64,000 nucleotides of DNA, taken from assembly GCA_000002435.2 (NCBI GenBank), contig CM018792.1. One strand, given 5' to 3'. Origin of the DNA: Giardia intestinalis (lineage: Eukaryota). Position numbers and translations under genes: made by a program. Position 1 is the first letter of the stretch. Every line of letters starts with the position of its first letter. A model generated the notes under the pieces. The model did not search any database and was not told where the DNA came from. It worked only from the letters and a program-made list of their open reading frames with translations. Shown here one piece after another: positions 29,722 to 39,555 of the stretch.

Positions 29722-32097
29722 ATGTCGTTTCCTCGCGCATGGTTTGAGGCAATTGCGGTGCTGGATGTAGATACCGTTCAACGGATGCTGCCACAATGCG
29801 CTAAAATGGTTGACGATCACGGTGAGACAGGCCTGATGAAAGCTGTACGTCTCAGATACCCCGTTCTAATCAAATTACTGGCACCGTACGAGGCGGGCAT
29901 GACGAATAATAGGGGGCAGACTGCACTGATGCTTGCTGCGCACTTTAACTATGCAGAAGGCTGCAAGATGCTCCTTTCGGATGAAGGCAATATCCATCTT
30001 TCAAGTAAGCGGTGCTGCCTGATTGTTGCTGCTGTTGCAAATGCAGGAGACGCTGTGCGTGCGATTCTACCTCTGCATCGCTACACAGCAGATTCTCTGG
30101 GGGCCACTGCTCTTGTCTATGCGGCTGAGCGTGGGCACCTGAACATAGTACGGATTCTCTTGGAGGAGGGGGACACAGCCTCACCCGCCCCTGATGCCCT
30201 CAGATCCCTTATTGTGGCTGTTCTCTGTGAACGGAAGGAGACAGCATTGTATTTATCACGTTATATGGCCAATTTCATCACAACCGCCCAGCCAGCACTG
30301 GAGGGTCTATCCTCTCCCCTATCTGCACCTTGTGTCACTAACCCTATAGAAGCTGCACATGACCAAATAAATATGACACGGGGACAATGCCTCAGTGGAT
30401 CTGAACCGCATAGCAACCAGTTGCTCTTTGGCAATGGAAGCAAGTTAGGTGACTCTCCACAAGTGCTGTCTCCCATACCTGCATCTCCACAGTTGGTGCC
30501 ATACGTGTCTCAATTAGCTACACAACACCCTACTTTCAACTCTAAGGCACCACAGGCCATAAGGCCAGAGGTACCCAATACCTCTATTCGCGGTCAATCA
30601 ACGACCACTCGGAGAGCACCAGATATATCTCTTCTGCCCAAAGCCCTGGACAGCGTTGCGGTTTTAACTTCCTCATATGTTCATCCTGTCTCCCGGGACG
30701 TAAGGATAACAGGACCAGTTCGAGCATCTTCTACGCGCTCCCGTCCTATTCCACGTGCCATTGAAGAGTATGAGTCGCCATCATCATCTATGCTTGCTGC
30801 TGATACGCGGCGAGCAGCCGATCTCTCTAGACTCTCACCATCTACACTCAATAATAGATCTCTAGCTTATAATAAGCAGGACACCAGATTGACATTTTCT
30901 TTACCTGCTAGACATCAACAAGAGCCCGGGCTCAATCCATCGATTAACTCTCTGCACCTCAACTGTCTTCCTGGCCTCACAGCTCTGATGACAGCGGTCA
31001 TAACCGGCCAGAACCAGCTGATTCCTCACCTTGCCCAAACTGACGCGGGCTCTAAAACTATTGATGGTTGGACAGCGCTCATGTTTGCGGTTCTTTATAA
31101 CAAACTGGAGTCACTACCAACCCTTGCAGCGACTGAGGCAGGGCTGCAGAACAACGCTGGGGAAACAGCATTGATGATAGCGGCTGTACACAATAGAACG
31201 TCTGCTATTATTGACCTTATGCATAAGGAGTCCAGAATACAGGACAGAACTGGGAAAACTGCTTTGATACACGCCGTTGAAAGAGGGAATTATGAGGCTG
31301 CGCGGATGCTTTCGGACAACGAGCACTCCATGGTTGACTTCTCAGGCCACACAGCATTTCTGTATGCATGCAATAATGGATATGAAAAGATAGCGCAATT
31401 ATTAGTGGGTTTGGAAGGCAATAAGGTTGATCCAACAGGACAGACGGGGCTTATGATCGCTGCCGAGAAAAATCATGTAGAGATACTCAAGCTGCTCGTC
31501 CCCGTCCAAACGCGGCGGAAAAGCAATGCTGGAATCACGGCTCTGATGCTTGCAGGATACCATGGTCACATGGAATCTGTATCTATATTGCTAAGTGCAG
31601 AAGCACAAGAGGTTAATGAGAATGGAGCAACAGCTTTAATGATTGCCGCCATGGCTGGTAACGTGGATGTCTGTAGAGTGTTGCTAGCGCCAGAGCATGG
31701 TCTTCAGAACCTTCTAGGACAAACAGCCCTCATGCTGGCAGCGGCAAAAAACCACCAGCAACTTGTTAACTTCCTGATTCCTTATGAATCCACGGTTCAA
31801 GACTGTGAAGGTAGAACAGCACTTATGTACGCTGCAGAGAGTCAGTGCACTGGTGCGGTGGAGGCCTTGCTGCCTTGTGAGCACGGCTTCAGAGACAACA
31901 ACGGATGCACTGCGATGATGTATGCAGCGAGGGCGGGTTCCCTGCCCATTGTCATGCTTCTAGCCCGATACGAACAGCGATTGGTGGATACTGGAGGGCA
32001 CTGTGCATTAATTTACTCGCTAAAGGCCCGCTGGCCCATGATCACTGAGTACCTACAACCACTAGAGGGAGACCTTGTCAATCAAACATATACATGA
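29722..32097 (+). CDS. Ankyrin-repeat protein (21.1 family)
   Basis: N-terminus is MSFPRAWFEAIAVLD. There are more than 12 ankyrin repeats (GQTALMLAA.., GATALVYAAERGH.., GWTALMFAV..). The ATG is preceded by ctaaataaaaacttgcgattta. Confidence 0.85.
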   Translation: MSFPRAWFEAIAVLDVDTVQRMLPQCAKMVDDHGETGLMKAVRLRYPVLIKLLAPYEAGMTNNRGQTALMLAAHFNYAEGCKMLLSDEGNIHLSSKRCCLIVAAVANAGDAVRAILPLHRYTADSLGATALVYAAERGHLNIVRILLEEGDTASPAPDALRSLIVAVLCERKETALYLSRYMANFITTAQPALEGLSSPLSAPCVTNPIEAAHDQINMTRGQCLSGSEPHSNQLLFGNGSKLGDSPQVLSPIPASPQLVPYVSQLATQHPTFNSKAPQAIRPEVPNTSIRGQSTTTRRAPDISLLPKALDSVAVLTSSYVHPVSRDVRITGPVRASSTRSRPIPRAIEEYESPSSSMLAADTRRAADLSRLSPSTLNNRSLAYNKQDTRLTFSLPARHQQEPGLNPSINSLHLNCLPGLTALMTAVITGQNQLIPHLAQTDAGSKTIDGWTALMFAVLYNKLESLPTLAATEAGLQNNAGETALMIAAVHNRTSAIIDLMHKESRIQDRTGKTALIHAVERGNYEAARMLSDNEHSMVDFSGHTAFLYACNNGYEKIAQLLVGLEGNKVDPTGQTGLMIAAEKNHVEILKLLVPVQTRRKSNAGITALMLAGYHGHMESVSILLSAEAQEVNENGATALMIAAMAGNVDVCRVLLAPEHGLQNLLGQTALMLAAAKNHQQLVNFLIPYESTVQDCEGRTALMYAAESQCTGAVEALLPCEHGFRDNNGCTAMMYAARAGSLPIVMLLARYEQRLVDTGGHCALIYSLKARWPMITEYLQPLEGDLVNQTYT

Positions 32098-32102
32098 CTA
32101 GA

Positions 32103-34853
32103 TCATTTAGCTCCTCTGTTCATCAGTGATGTTTCGTACCTTCCAACGCGCTCCTTCAGTGCGTTCACCTCTTCTCTGAGATATATAGTGTAGTCTGTCA
32201 TACGCTCGTTCTCCTGCCGCTCAACCACCAGATCATTCAAAAGAAACTTGTTATTAATGAGGAACTGACGCACGGTGGGCGAGAGGGTGCTGAGATGTAT
32301 GTATTTGTTGTATTTGGGCATGAACATGGCCAGTTGGTGGTGATCCACCATGATATCCTCAATGATCTCATGCATTGTAGATGAGCTTGAGCCATCTGTA
32401 ACACTATCTTTTCCACTGCTCAAGCCATCGGCTGTACTCATAAGATTTTCACGTTTGATTGTTAATTGGGCAAGCTCATCCTTCAGGTCCTTTATATCGG
32501 CCGCCAAATGTCTGTTTTCTACACTTTCTCCGCAGCAGCCTACTGATGTTGTAAGAGCAGAGCGGGAAAGAGGATCCGACGTGGCCCCTTGACGTGTGTC
32601 ACGTACCGACGAGTCAAAACGGTCTACCTTTCTTTTCAGTTCGTTGTTTTCTCGTAAGAGAGCATCCACCTGTCTTTTGAACTCTTCTAACTCGCTCTTA
32701 AGCTCTATGTTTTCTGTGTAATACTGAGCTGCCTTTAGCTCTACCTCTGCATTGCTCTTTTTAAGTTCGGTATAACGCTTCTCATATTCTTCTCGTTGCA
32801 TGGTGGCTGTGCTGGTCGCAGTCTGCATTGTGGTCTCCTTAGACTTGAGGACGGCAAGTTTGTCCAACAACACCTGCTTGTCATCTTCCTCCTGTTGAAG
32901 CTCTGCCCGTAGCTCACTGATTGTCTCCAGTAGTTTCATGTTATCTGCAGCGTAATTGTTGAGCAGCTGTTTTGTTGTTTTCAGCTGCTCTGCTATCTGC
33001 GATACAGTGTCATCCATTGGCAATCCCATGACTGATCCTACCCGTATGACCTCATTTCCTTGCCTACTGTCCTGAGAAGGAGCATCTCTTGGCATCTCCA
33101 CAGCGCGGGGCACCTCTCTCTTGGAGAATATACTGCTTGTTGACGGTATCACGGGCGGCTCGATGAAGGTTACCTCTGCCGCAGATGCCTGCAAAGGAAT
33201 ACTGTTGTTAGACTGGGAAGATGTATTCTCATACATTGCTGCGCCATAGGCTGTATTGTGCACTGCGTCGGCACTCGTACCTTGTCTCTTCCGTGTCAAG
33301 AATTTCCCTAGCTCGTCTCTATCTTTGTCTTCATTACTATTGATTCTAGACTCACTTGCAGTGGAGCCCTCTATATGCGCTGCGAACGGTCTGTTTGTAA
33401 GTAACCCCTCTGATGCATTGAGCATGCGTGAGGGCACTGCTCCGTTGAGTTTGTTTAAGATGCTATAAGTCTGTATGGAAGCCGAGGTAAATGGTTCATT
33501 ATGTGTCTGCGCAGTATCAGATAACTGCAGTGGGTCTATATTTGATACTAGAAACGATCCAGATACTGGCTTGCCTTCTGGCTCGTTGTTTAGATCGCTC
33601 CTACCGAGGGAACCTGCTAGCCTGTTGGACTGGATGCATGAAAGGGATGGTGACCAGACAGTTATCATATCTTGTGGAATACAGGCTTTTGGATACACCA
33701 CCGGGTTACGAAGGACGGAGAATTCGTGTCGCTTCTTCACTGAGAGAAGATTATCCATCTCTGATGCGCGAGAATAGTCCTCAGCTTCATACACTCGCTC
33801 GAGGTTAATTGATGGAGCATCGGATTGGGGCAGCTGCAGATTTTCGTCTGCAGTGCGAAGGACTTCGACGATACTCTGGAAGCTGCTTGCCTTGGCCATG
33901 TCAATCGCTCTCATGCCCGCTGTAAATGGAGGAACATCTTCGACGATGTGCATGTCCGCCTCTAGAGGCGCCAAAAGCTGTACAATCTCTGTGTGGCCAT
34001 TTACAGCCGCATACATCAGGGCAGTAAGCCCCTTGCTCGTCATCATGCGCTTTTCGCTCTCCACCAGGAGGGAGCATACCTTTGTATAGCCCTTCTCTGC
34101 AGCTATCATGAGGGCCGTCTTTCCGTCCACTGAGACTGTCTTGCAGCCGGCTTCCTTTGTTGTATAGTTAAGTAAGGCTTCCACAGCCAAGCCGTTATTA
34201 GCTTCTGTGGCGTAAATCAACGCAGTCTTTCCATGGTAATCAGTTGCACCCTCGTTCAGGGGACCTAACAGCTCTATTATCCGTGTTAACTCTAGTGCAT
34301 CATTGGCGGGTGCAGACGGCCCCAGAGCTAGATGCATAACGCAGTACATGAGAGGCGTTCGATTGTACGTGTCAACACGTGTGGCTGCGGCAGAAAGATG
34401 TTCACGGGCATCCTTACTGTTATGGGTGAGTGCGGCAAGAAAAAGAGGGTTCCAGTTGCTAACCTTGGCCTCATGCTCATACAATATCTTGACGACCTCT
34501 AGGTGCCCCTTGGTGGCTGCCACAAGTAGTGCAGTAGTCCCGACCCTGTAATGGTTTGTGGGCCGTATTGTCTGCATTCCCTTCTCGTGCACGACAAGAA
34601 GTCTTACCAACGCAACCTGATTGGTTTCTGCGGCTGTCATGAGTGCTGTCCAGCCAGTTCTTGTTGTAGTCCGCGCTTCACTGTCAAGGAGTAGCCGTAC
34701 CATTCGCATGTGCCCAGCCGCAGTTGCTTGCATTAGGCCGGTGTAATAGGGGTAGTTAGAGTCTGTAGTCTTTGAGTACTCATGCAAGTGCGCCTCCACG
34801 AACTCTAGGTCATTGCTTTTGATAGCTTGGAACCATTGCTTTATAGTAGACAT
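32103..34853 (-). CDS. Ankyrin-repeat plus coiled-coil protein (21.1 family)
   Basis: The track start at 34889 is a GTG. The first ATG gives MSTIKQWFQAIKSND, matching the N-termini of the two adjacent ankyrin genes. Ankyrin repeats lie in the N-terminal half and a long coiled coil in the C-terminal half. It is convergent with 29722-32097, with a 5-bp gap between the stops. Confidence 0.8.
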   Translation of the reverse strand: MSTIKQWFQAIKSNDLEFVEAHLHEYSKTTDSNYPYYTGLMQATAAGHMRMVRLLLDSEARTTTRTGWTALMTAAETNQVALVRLLVVHEKGMQTIRPTNHYRVGTTALLVAATKGHLEVVKILYEHEAKVSNWNPLFLAALTHNSKDAREHLSAAATRVDTYNRTPLMYCVMHLALGPSAPANDALELTRIIELLGPLNEGATDYHGKTALIYATEANNGLAVEALLNYTTKEAGCKTVSVDGKTALMIAAEKGYTKVCSLLVESEKRMMTSKGLTALMYAAVNGHTEIVQLLAPLEADMHIVEDVPPFTAGMRAIDMAKASSFQSIVEVLRTADENLQLPQSDAPSINLERVYEAEDYSRASEMDNLLSVKKRHEFSVLRNPVVYPKACIPQDMITVWSPSLSCIQSNRLAGSLGRSDLNNEPEGKPVSGSFLVSNIDPLQLSDTAQTHNEPFTSASIQTYSILNKLNGAVPSRMLNASEGLLTNRPFAAHIEGSTASESRINSNEDKDRDELGKFLTRKRQGTSADAVHNTAYGAAMYENTSSQSNNSIPLQASAAEVTFIEPPVIPSTSSIFSKREVPRAVEMPRDAPSQDSRQGNEVIRVGSVMGLPMDDTVSQIAEQLKTTKQLLNNYAADNMKLLETISELRAELQQEEDDKQVLLDKLAVLKSKETTMQTATSTATMQREEYEKRYTELKKSNAEVELKAAQYYTENIELKSELEEFKRQVDALLRENNELKRKVDRFDSSVRDTRQGATSDPLSRSALTTSVGCCGESVENRHLAADIKDLKDELAQLTIKRENLMSTADGLSSGKDSVTDGSSSSTMHEIIEDIMVDHHQLAMFMPKYNKYIHLSTLSPTVRQFLINNKFLLNDLVVERQENERMTDYTIYLREEVNALKERVGRYETSLMNRGAK

Positions 34854-35166
34854 CGAATTTTGAATTTTGCCTCTCTCAGTTGCATTCACAAGAGGGGTAT
34901 ACCCACCGAAGTCTTCTAATTATGAGGATGTCGTCATTAGGTACACACATCTACTATTCAGCTTCAGGCAGTAGCGACAACGAGCTCAAAATTAGCTTAA
35001 AAGCTCAAAGGTATTGAGTCCACTCCCGCAAATCCTCGCCAAAAATAAATTAAAGTGCAACTGAACGGACTCTAGGTTGGCAACGACGTGTTACTAGCTT
35101 GCTACCAACTACGGCACCCTCTATCTTTCAGCAAGGTAATACACCCTCTACCGCACGCTTGAGGAC

Positions 35167-37857
35167 ATGAATCGCGTTATTCTTTGCGTCACTGAAAAGA
35201 ACTCTGTAGCTGCCGAGGTCTCCAACGTTCTCTCTAAGGGCTCCTACTCAAAGAAGCAATTGGTGCAGTATTTTAATGAGTACAAGTTCACACATTCTGA
35301 GGAGGAGCACGGCCCTGCTCAACAGTATGTTGTGGTGCATGCCCAGGGGCATATGCTTGAGTTAGAACCCGATGAAGGATATGAGTGGGGAAAGTGTTCC
35401 CCAAGTGACCTCTTCACCTGCGGGGTGCACTTTAAGGCAAACGCTGTCTTCAAGAAACATGTCCTACGGCCTAATGCAGCGGAAACGAACGTCCTCGTTC
35501 TTATGCTTGATGCTGATCGGGAAGGAGAGAACATTGGATATGACATTATAGAGATCTTCTGTTCTGTTCTTCCCGCCGACACTCTACTGGACATCCGTCC
35601 AGCTAGACTCCCCAAGATTCGCAGCCCAACTGAGCACACACTGCGACACATCCTGGCTGCTGATCACGTGCCTTCACAGACCTCCGTGAAACGTACCATT
35701 ATCGTCAAGCGGGCCCGCTTTTTCGGTCTGACTTATCCAGAGCTAACATCGGCTGTATACAATGCAGGCCCCATCGACATGAATGTGGTTGACGCCGTTG
35801 ATGTTCGCCAATTCACTGATCTGCGTCTAGGATACTCCATAACCAGGCTTCAAACAGATAAGTTGCGCTCTTCCTTTATCGACTATCGCACAGGCGCATT
35901 CAAGGCGAAGAAGCCTATATCCTTTGGCCCGTGCCAGGTACCAACCTTGGGGCTGGTTCATTCTAACGATCTTCTGTCTCTTAAAAACCATCAAAGCAGC
36001 TCCTTTACTTTGCATCTTGTTTGTGATCCTCGCCCTCTGCAGACACACAGTGGTAGTGTCTTCAAGGGTCTGGCAGATGCATTAAAACGGTGGGATAGCA
36101 AGCATAGAAACCGAGAAAAAGATGATTTACAAGGTCTTGTCTTTTCCCCTATTGACACTTCACACTTCAAGTCGTACCTCGGATCCCTTCCCGTGCTGAA
36201 ATTAGTATTTGATACCCTACAGAACCAGAAGCGTATTGTAGTGGTATCGGATGTAGAGGAGAAGCCTTACACAGTACCCAGGCCACACCCGGTCTCTACA
36301 CTGGACATGCAGCGTGCACTCAGTGAAAGCCTCTCATCCCAAAGTGTAATGACTATTGCAGAATCACTCTACACTCGTGGCCTCATCTCTTATCCGCGCA
36401 CAGAAACCAAATCATACCCCAATACCTATAACCTTTCATATTTTAAGCAACTAGTAGATAAATTGGCACACATGCCACCAAATGTATCTCCACTCTGCGC
36501 CCTCCTTGCTGACTATGCACAAGTCCTCCTCGATGATTCTCCGGGGAATCCATATACACTGCAGCTTCCTCGATCCAACTCTGCATCTACCGATAATGCT
36601 CATCTTCCAATCCACCCCCTCGCATGCCCGTCTCGGCCCTTAGATAAGGATGAGGAGCTAGTCTATGGTTACATCACTCGCTCTTTCCTAGCATCCGTCT
36701 CACCGGATGCTCGAGGAACGCGTATGACCATGCGCACACGTCTAGACAAGTGCGAGTTTGTAGCTACTCAGAACAGCCTTACATTTGACGGGTTCAAAAG
36801 AATCCTTCGGAAGTCACTTGAAGAAGCAGGACACCTTTCTTCCTCAGCTAGCTCTCCGGCCTCTATTGAATCTTCTTCTAGCATTGTAGTTGGGTCAAAG
36901 CTCCTGGTTCTGCAGGCACCATACAAACAATTTTTTGGGACCCAGGACTTGCACATTATCAATCCAACAGCAAATGATGAGAGCGAATTGTTGGCCTCAT
37001 CTATAGTGTGGGATGGGGATGCCCAGTCTCTCGTAATAGATATTGATAGTAGCGACGAATCTGAGCAAATACACGCAGAGGAGAATGTGCACCCACCAGA
37101 GCCAGTGATGGTAAATGACAGGGAGGACCCCAGCAATAGTACTTCTCAATTCTCTACAGAGCTTGTGCCTCTCCCCATGAAGGAAAGCGCCCTTCTGCTC
37201 GCAATGGATCAGCACGGTATAGGCACCGATGCAACTATGTCTGACCACATTGCGCTGATCACTGATCGAGAGTACATCAATTCTAAGAAGCAGGTGGTGT
37301 CGCTGGGCGCTGAGCTGCTACAATTTTACAAACAGACCCCAATGGGCGTGCAGGCTCTCTCGTGCTCATACCGTAGTATGCTAGAGCACGGCATGCATCT
37401 TATTTGCGAGGGTCAGATAGATTGCAAAAGCGTGCATGACGATTGCATCAGGTGGGGGATGAAGCTCTACGATAGTATCGATAGATTGCAAGTTATTAAA
37501 GTAGGTGGGTATGGAGGGTACCGTATGCTGAACGAAAAGCCTAAGAAGACAACGATTAAGAGAAAATATCACTCGGCTACTGACGGGACTGCTTTGGTGT
37601 CAAAGCGTCGCCAAAAGGAGGCGCAGCCCGTACGAGTTCGCGGCACATTCACATGTTGTGGTGAGCGATGTTCAAGGAATTCGCTTGCCGGGTCATGTGC
37701 TGCATGCGGCAAGGCCTTTCAGATTCCTAGGACAGATGGGGTGATCGTTGTTCTGAATGAAGAGTGTGACAATTGTGGTTTATCCTTAGCAACGATCACA
37801 CAGCGCAGCGAACGGATCGTACGAATCTGTGTGCGATGCAGGACGGACCCGCTCTAA
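35167..37857 (+). CDS. TOP3: DNA topoisomerase III paralogue (type IA)
   Basis: Toprim motif LMLDADREGENIGYDI and active-site motif GLISYPRTETKSYP. There are C-terminal zinc fingers, including CCGERCSRN..CAACGKAF and CDNCG..CVRCRTD. Confidence 0.88.
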   Translation: MNRVILCVTEKNSVAAEVSNVLSKGSYSKKQLVQYFNEYKFTHSEEEHGPAQQYVVVHAQGHMLELEPDEGYEWGKCSPSDLFTCGVHFKANAVFKKHVLRPNAAETNVLVLMLDADREGENIGYDIIEIFCSVLPADTLLDIRPARLPKIRSPTEHTLRHILAADHVPSQTSVKRTIIVKRARFFGLTYPELTSAVYNAGPIDMNVVDAVDVRQFTDLRLGYSITRLQTDKLRSSFIDYRTGAFKAKKPISFGPCQVPTLGLVHSNDLLSLKNHQSSSFTLHLVCDPRPLQTHSGSVFKGLADALKRWDSKHRNREKDDLQGLVFSPIDTSHFKSYLGSLPVLKLVFDTLQNQKRIVVVSDVEEKPYTVPRPHPVSTLDMQRALSESLSSQSVMTIAESLYTRGLISYPRTETKSYPNTYNLSYFKQLVDKLAHMPPNVSPLCALLADYAQVLLDDSPGNPYTLQLPRSNSASTDNAHLPIHPLACPSRPLDKDEELVYGYITRSFLASVSPDARGTRMTMRTRLDKCEFVATQNSLTFDGFKRILRKSLEEAGHLSSSASSPASIESSSSIVVGSKLLVLQAPYKQFFGTQDLHIINPTANDESELLASSIVWDGDAQSLVIDIDSSDESEQIHAEENVHPPEPVMVNDREDPSNSTSQFSTELVPLPMKESALLLAMDQHGIGTDATMSDHIALITDREYINSKKQVVSLGAELLQFYKQTPMGVQALSCSYRSMLEHGMHLICEGQIDCKSVHDDCIRWGMKLYDSIDRLQVIKVGGYGGYRMLNEKPKKTTIKRKYHSATDGTALVSKRRQKEAQPVRVRGTFTCCGERCSRNSLAGSCAACGKAFQIPRTDGVIVVLNEECDNCGLSLATITQRSERIVRICVRCRTDPL

Positions 37858-37876
37858 ATCAAAAAACGTTTGTGGA

Positions 37877-39088
37877 ATGCCGCCCATAAAATACAGGATT
37901 GACTGTGAGAAGTACGCCGTAATATCAAATTTTGAGAAACGGGGATGGCAAAGAACAAGCGGAAGTGATTGGAATATTTATTGGGCCCCTGTAGCGGTTG
38001 TGCAGAAAATGTTCGCTATAGGCTCTAAAAGCAGACCCACAGATGCACAAATAGTCAATCACTTTCCCAACCACTACGAACTCACTCGAAAAGACCTGAT
38101 TGTTCGCAATATGCGGAAGTACCGGAAGGATCTCGAGGCGAAAAATTCGATATTCTGCAGACCAGACCCCGAGACAGGAAAGGCATACATAGATTTTATA
38201 CCATTGACCTACTTGCTTCCTAGCGAAAGCACCATGTTTGCCGAAGAACTCAAAGGAAACAAGAAGACACCATTCATATTGAAGCCGGCCGGCTCTGCAC
38301 AAGGGCGGGGGATCGAGCTTATCTCTCGGATGGCCCAGTTCAAGAAGTGGCAGGTGTCTCAGGCCAATTCTAGGACGATATACCTGGCGTCTAAATATAT
38401 CAATCGGCCCCTTCTGGTGGGGAATAAGAAGTTTGACATTCGTATGTACGTCCTGGTCACGTCCTACAGCCCCCTCAAGGCCTACATTTATCAGCATGCA
38501 TTCTGCAGATTCTGCACCGTGGAGTATTCTCTAGACCCGGGTGATCTATCTAATCCATTTGTCCACCTTACCAATGTGGCCGTTCAAAAGCATGGAGAAG
38601 CGTACAATAGTAGGCATGGCGGTAAGTGGGACATTGAAAATCTGAAGTTGTATATTTCTGCGCATTACGGCTATGAAGCCGTTAACAAGTGTTTTGAGAA
38701 GATTCTGTTCACCCTCATACACTCACTGAAGGCCGTGCAATCGTCAATGGTCTTTAGCAAGTCGTCGTTTGAATGCTATGGATATGACATCCTCATAGAT
38801 GAAAGACTCCATCCATGGCTTCTGGAAGTCAACGCAAGCCCGTCCCTCACGTGCTCCACAGACGCAGATAGACTCATGAAGTGCAAGCTTCTGGATGATG
38901 TCTTGAAGATCATCATCCCTCGGAACTTTCCACCCCCAGAAGGATCCAGCAATAACGCCAAACGGACAGTCAACGTCGAAGATGTGGAGGACACGGGAGA
39001 CTTTAGCCTACTCATAGATGAATTCAAGAACCCCAACGCAGCCAACGAGGGTTGGATATACTGCTCTGGTGCCCTCTCAAGTAAGTAA
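37877..39088 (+). CDS. Tubulin-tyrosine ligase-like (TTL/TTLL family) protein
   Basis: Motifs KKFDIRMYVLVTS, HLTNVAVQKH and PWLLEVNASPSL. The track start at 37829 is a GTG that overlaps TOP3. The first ATG (MPPIKYRIDC) is at 37877, preceded by aatcaaaaaacg. Confidence 0.85.
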   Translation: MPPIKYRIDCEKYAVISNFEKRGWQRTSGSDWNIYWAPVAVVQKMFAIGSKSRPTDAQIVNHFPNHYELTRKDLIVRNMRKYRKDLEAKNSIFCRPDPETGKAYIDFIPLTYLLPSESTMFAEELKGNKKTPFILKPAGSAQGRGIELISRMAQFKKWQVSQANSRTIYLASKYINRPLLVGNKKFDIRMYVLVTSYSPLKAYIYQHAFCRFCTVEYSLDPGDLSNPFVHLTNVAVQKHGEAYNSRHGGKWDIENLKLYISAHYGYEAVNKCFEKILFTLIHSLKAVQSSMVFSKSSFECYGYDILIDERLHPWLLEVNASPSLTCSTDADRLMKCKLLDDVLKIIIPRNFPPPEGSSNNAKRTVNVEDVEDTGDFSLLIDEFKNPNAANEGWIYCSGALSSK

Positions 39089-39263
39089 CAAGTTGGTCTT
39101 CTCCACTTCTCAATGGCTACCGCTCCGGTTGCTGCTTGGAAGTGTTGTGAAGATGCTTGTCACAAGGTGATGAGGTGCGATAGTGAAGAGATGCTGGTGC
39201 TCGTCTTACTTTGAAGCCCATTGGCCTCTGTGAGCAGAGTAAACAGAAAGATGATCTAAAATT

Positions 39264-39476
39264 ATGGCGGAGTCTAGCGAGGTGACCGAACTCAAAGAGC
39301 TTGCAGACCACTATCTGACTCTTCAGGAGAACTGTAAGGCAAGTAGCCAGGCAGATCTTGCGAGGGCCGTATACTGGACCAAGCTGGGGACGTTTTATGA
39401 AGAGCTGGCGGCAGACAGCTTGCGGAGGGCAGACCGACTCGAAAAGCTCCTTGCCAACGAGGACGTCGATGCGTGA
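39264..39476 (+). CDS. Possible small protein (70 aa), predicted helical
   Basis: ATG in the AT-rich context gatctaaaattATG. Its composition is ordinary and it lies in a gap between annotated genes. There is no homology evidence. Confidence 0.3.
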   Translation: MAESSEVTELKELADHYLTLQENCKASSQADLARAVYWTKLGTFYEELAADSLRRADRLEKLLANEDVDA

Positions 39477-39555
39477 TTTACTCTCCGTTAGTGAGCCACG
39501 TTTGGCAGTGTGTACGCGGCTATCACTCTAAATCGAATCGCTCGACCAGATGAAA

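Noticed and set aside
39117-39311. 64-aa ORF on the minus strand overlapping the small + ORF
   Set aside because: It has a basic, low-complexity product and no start context. The + strand ORF 39264-39476 is the better, though still weak, candidate.
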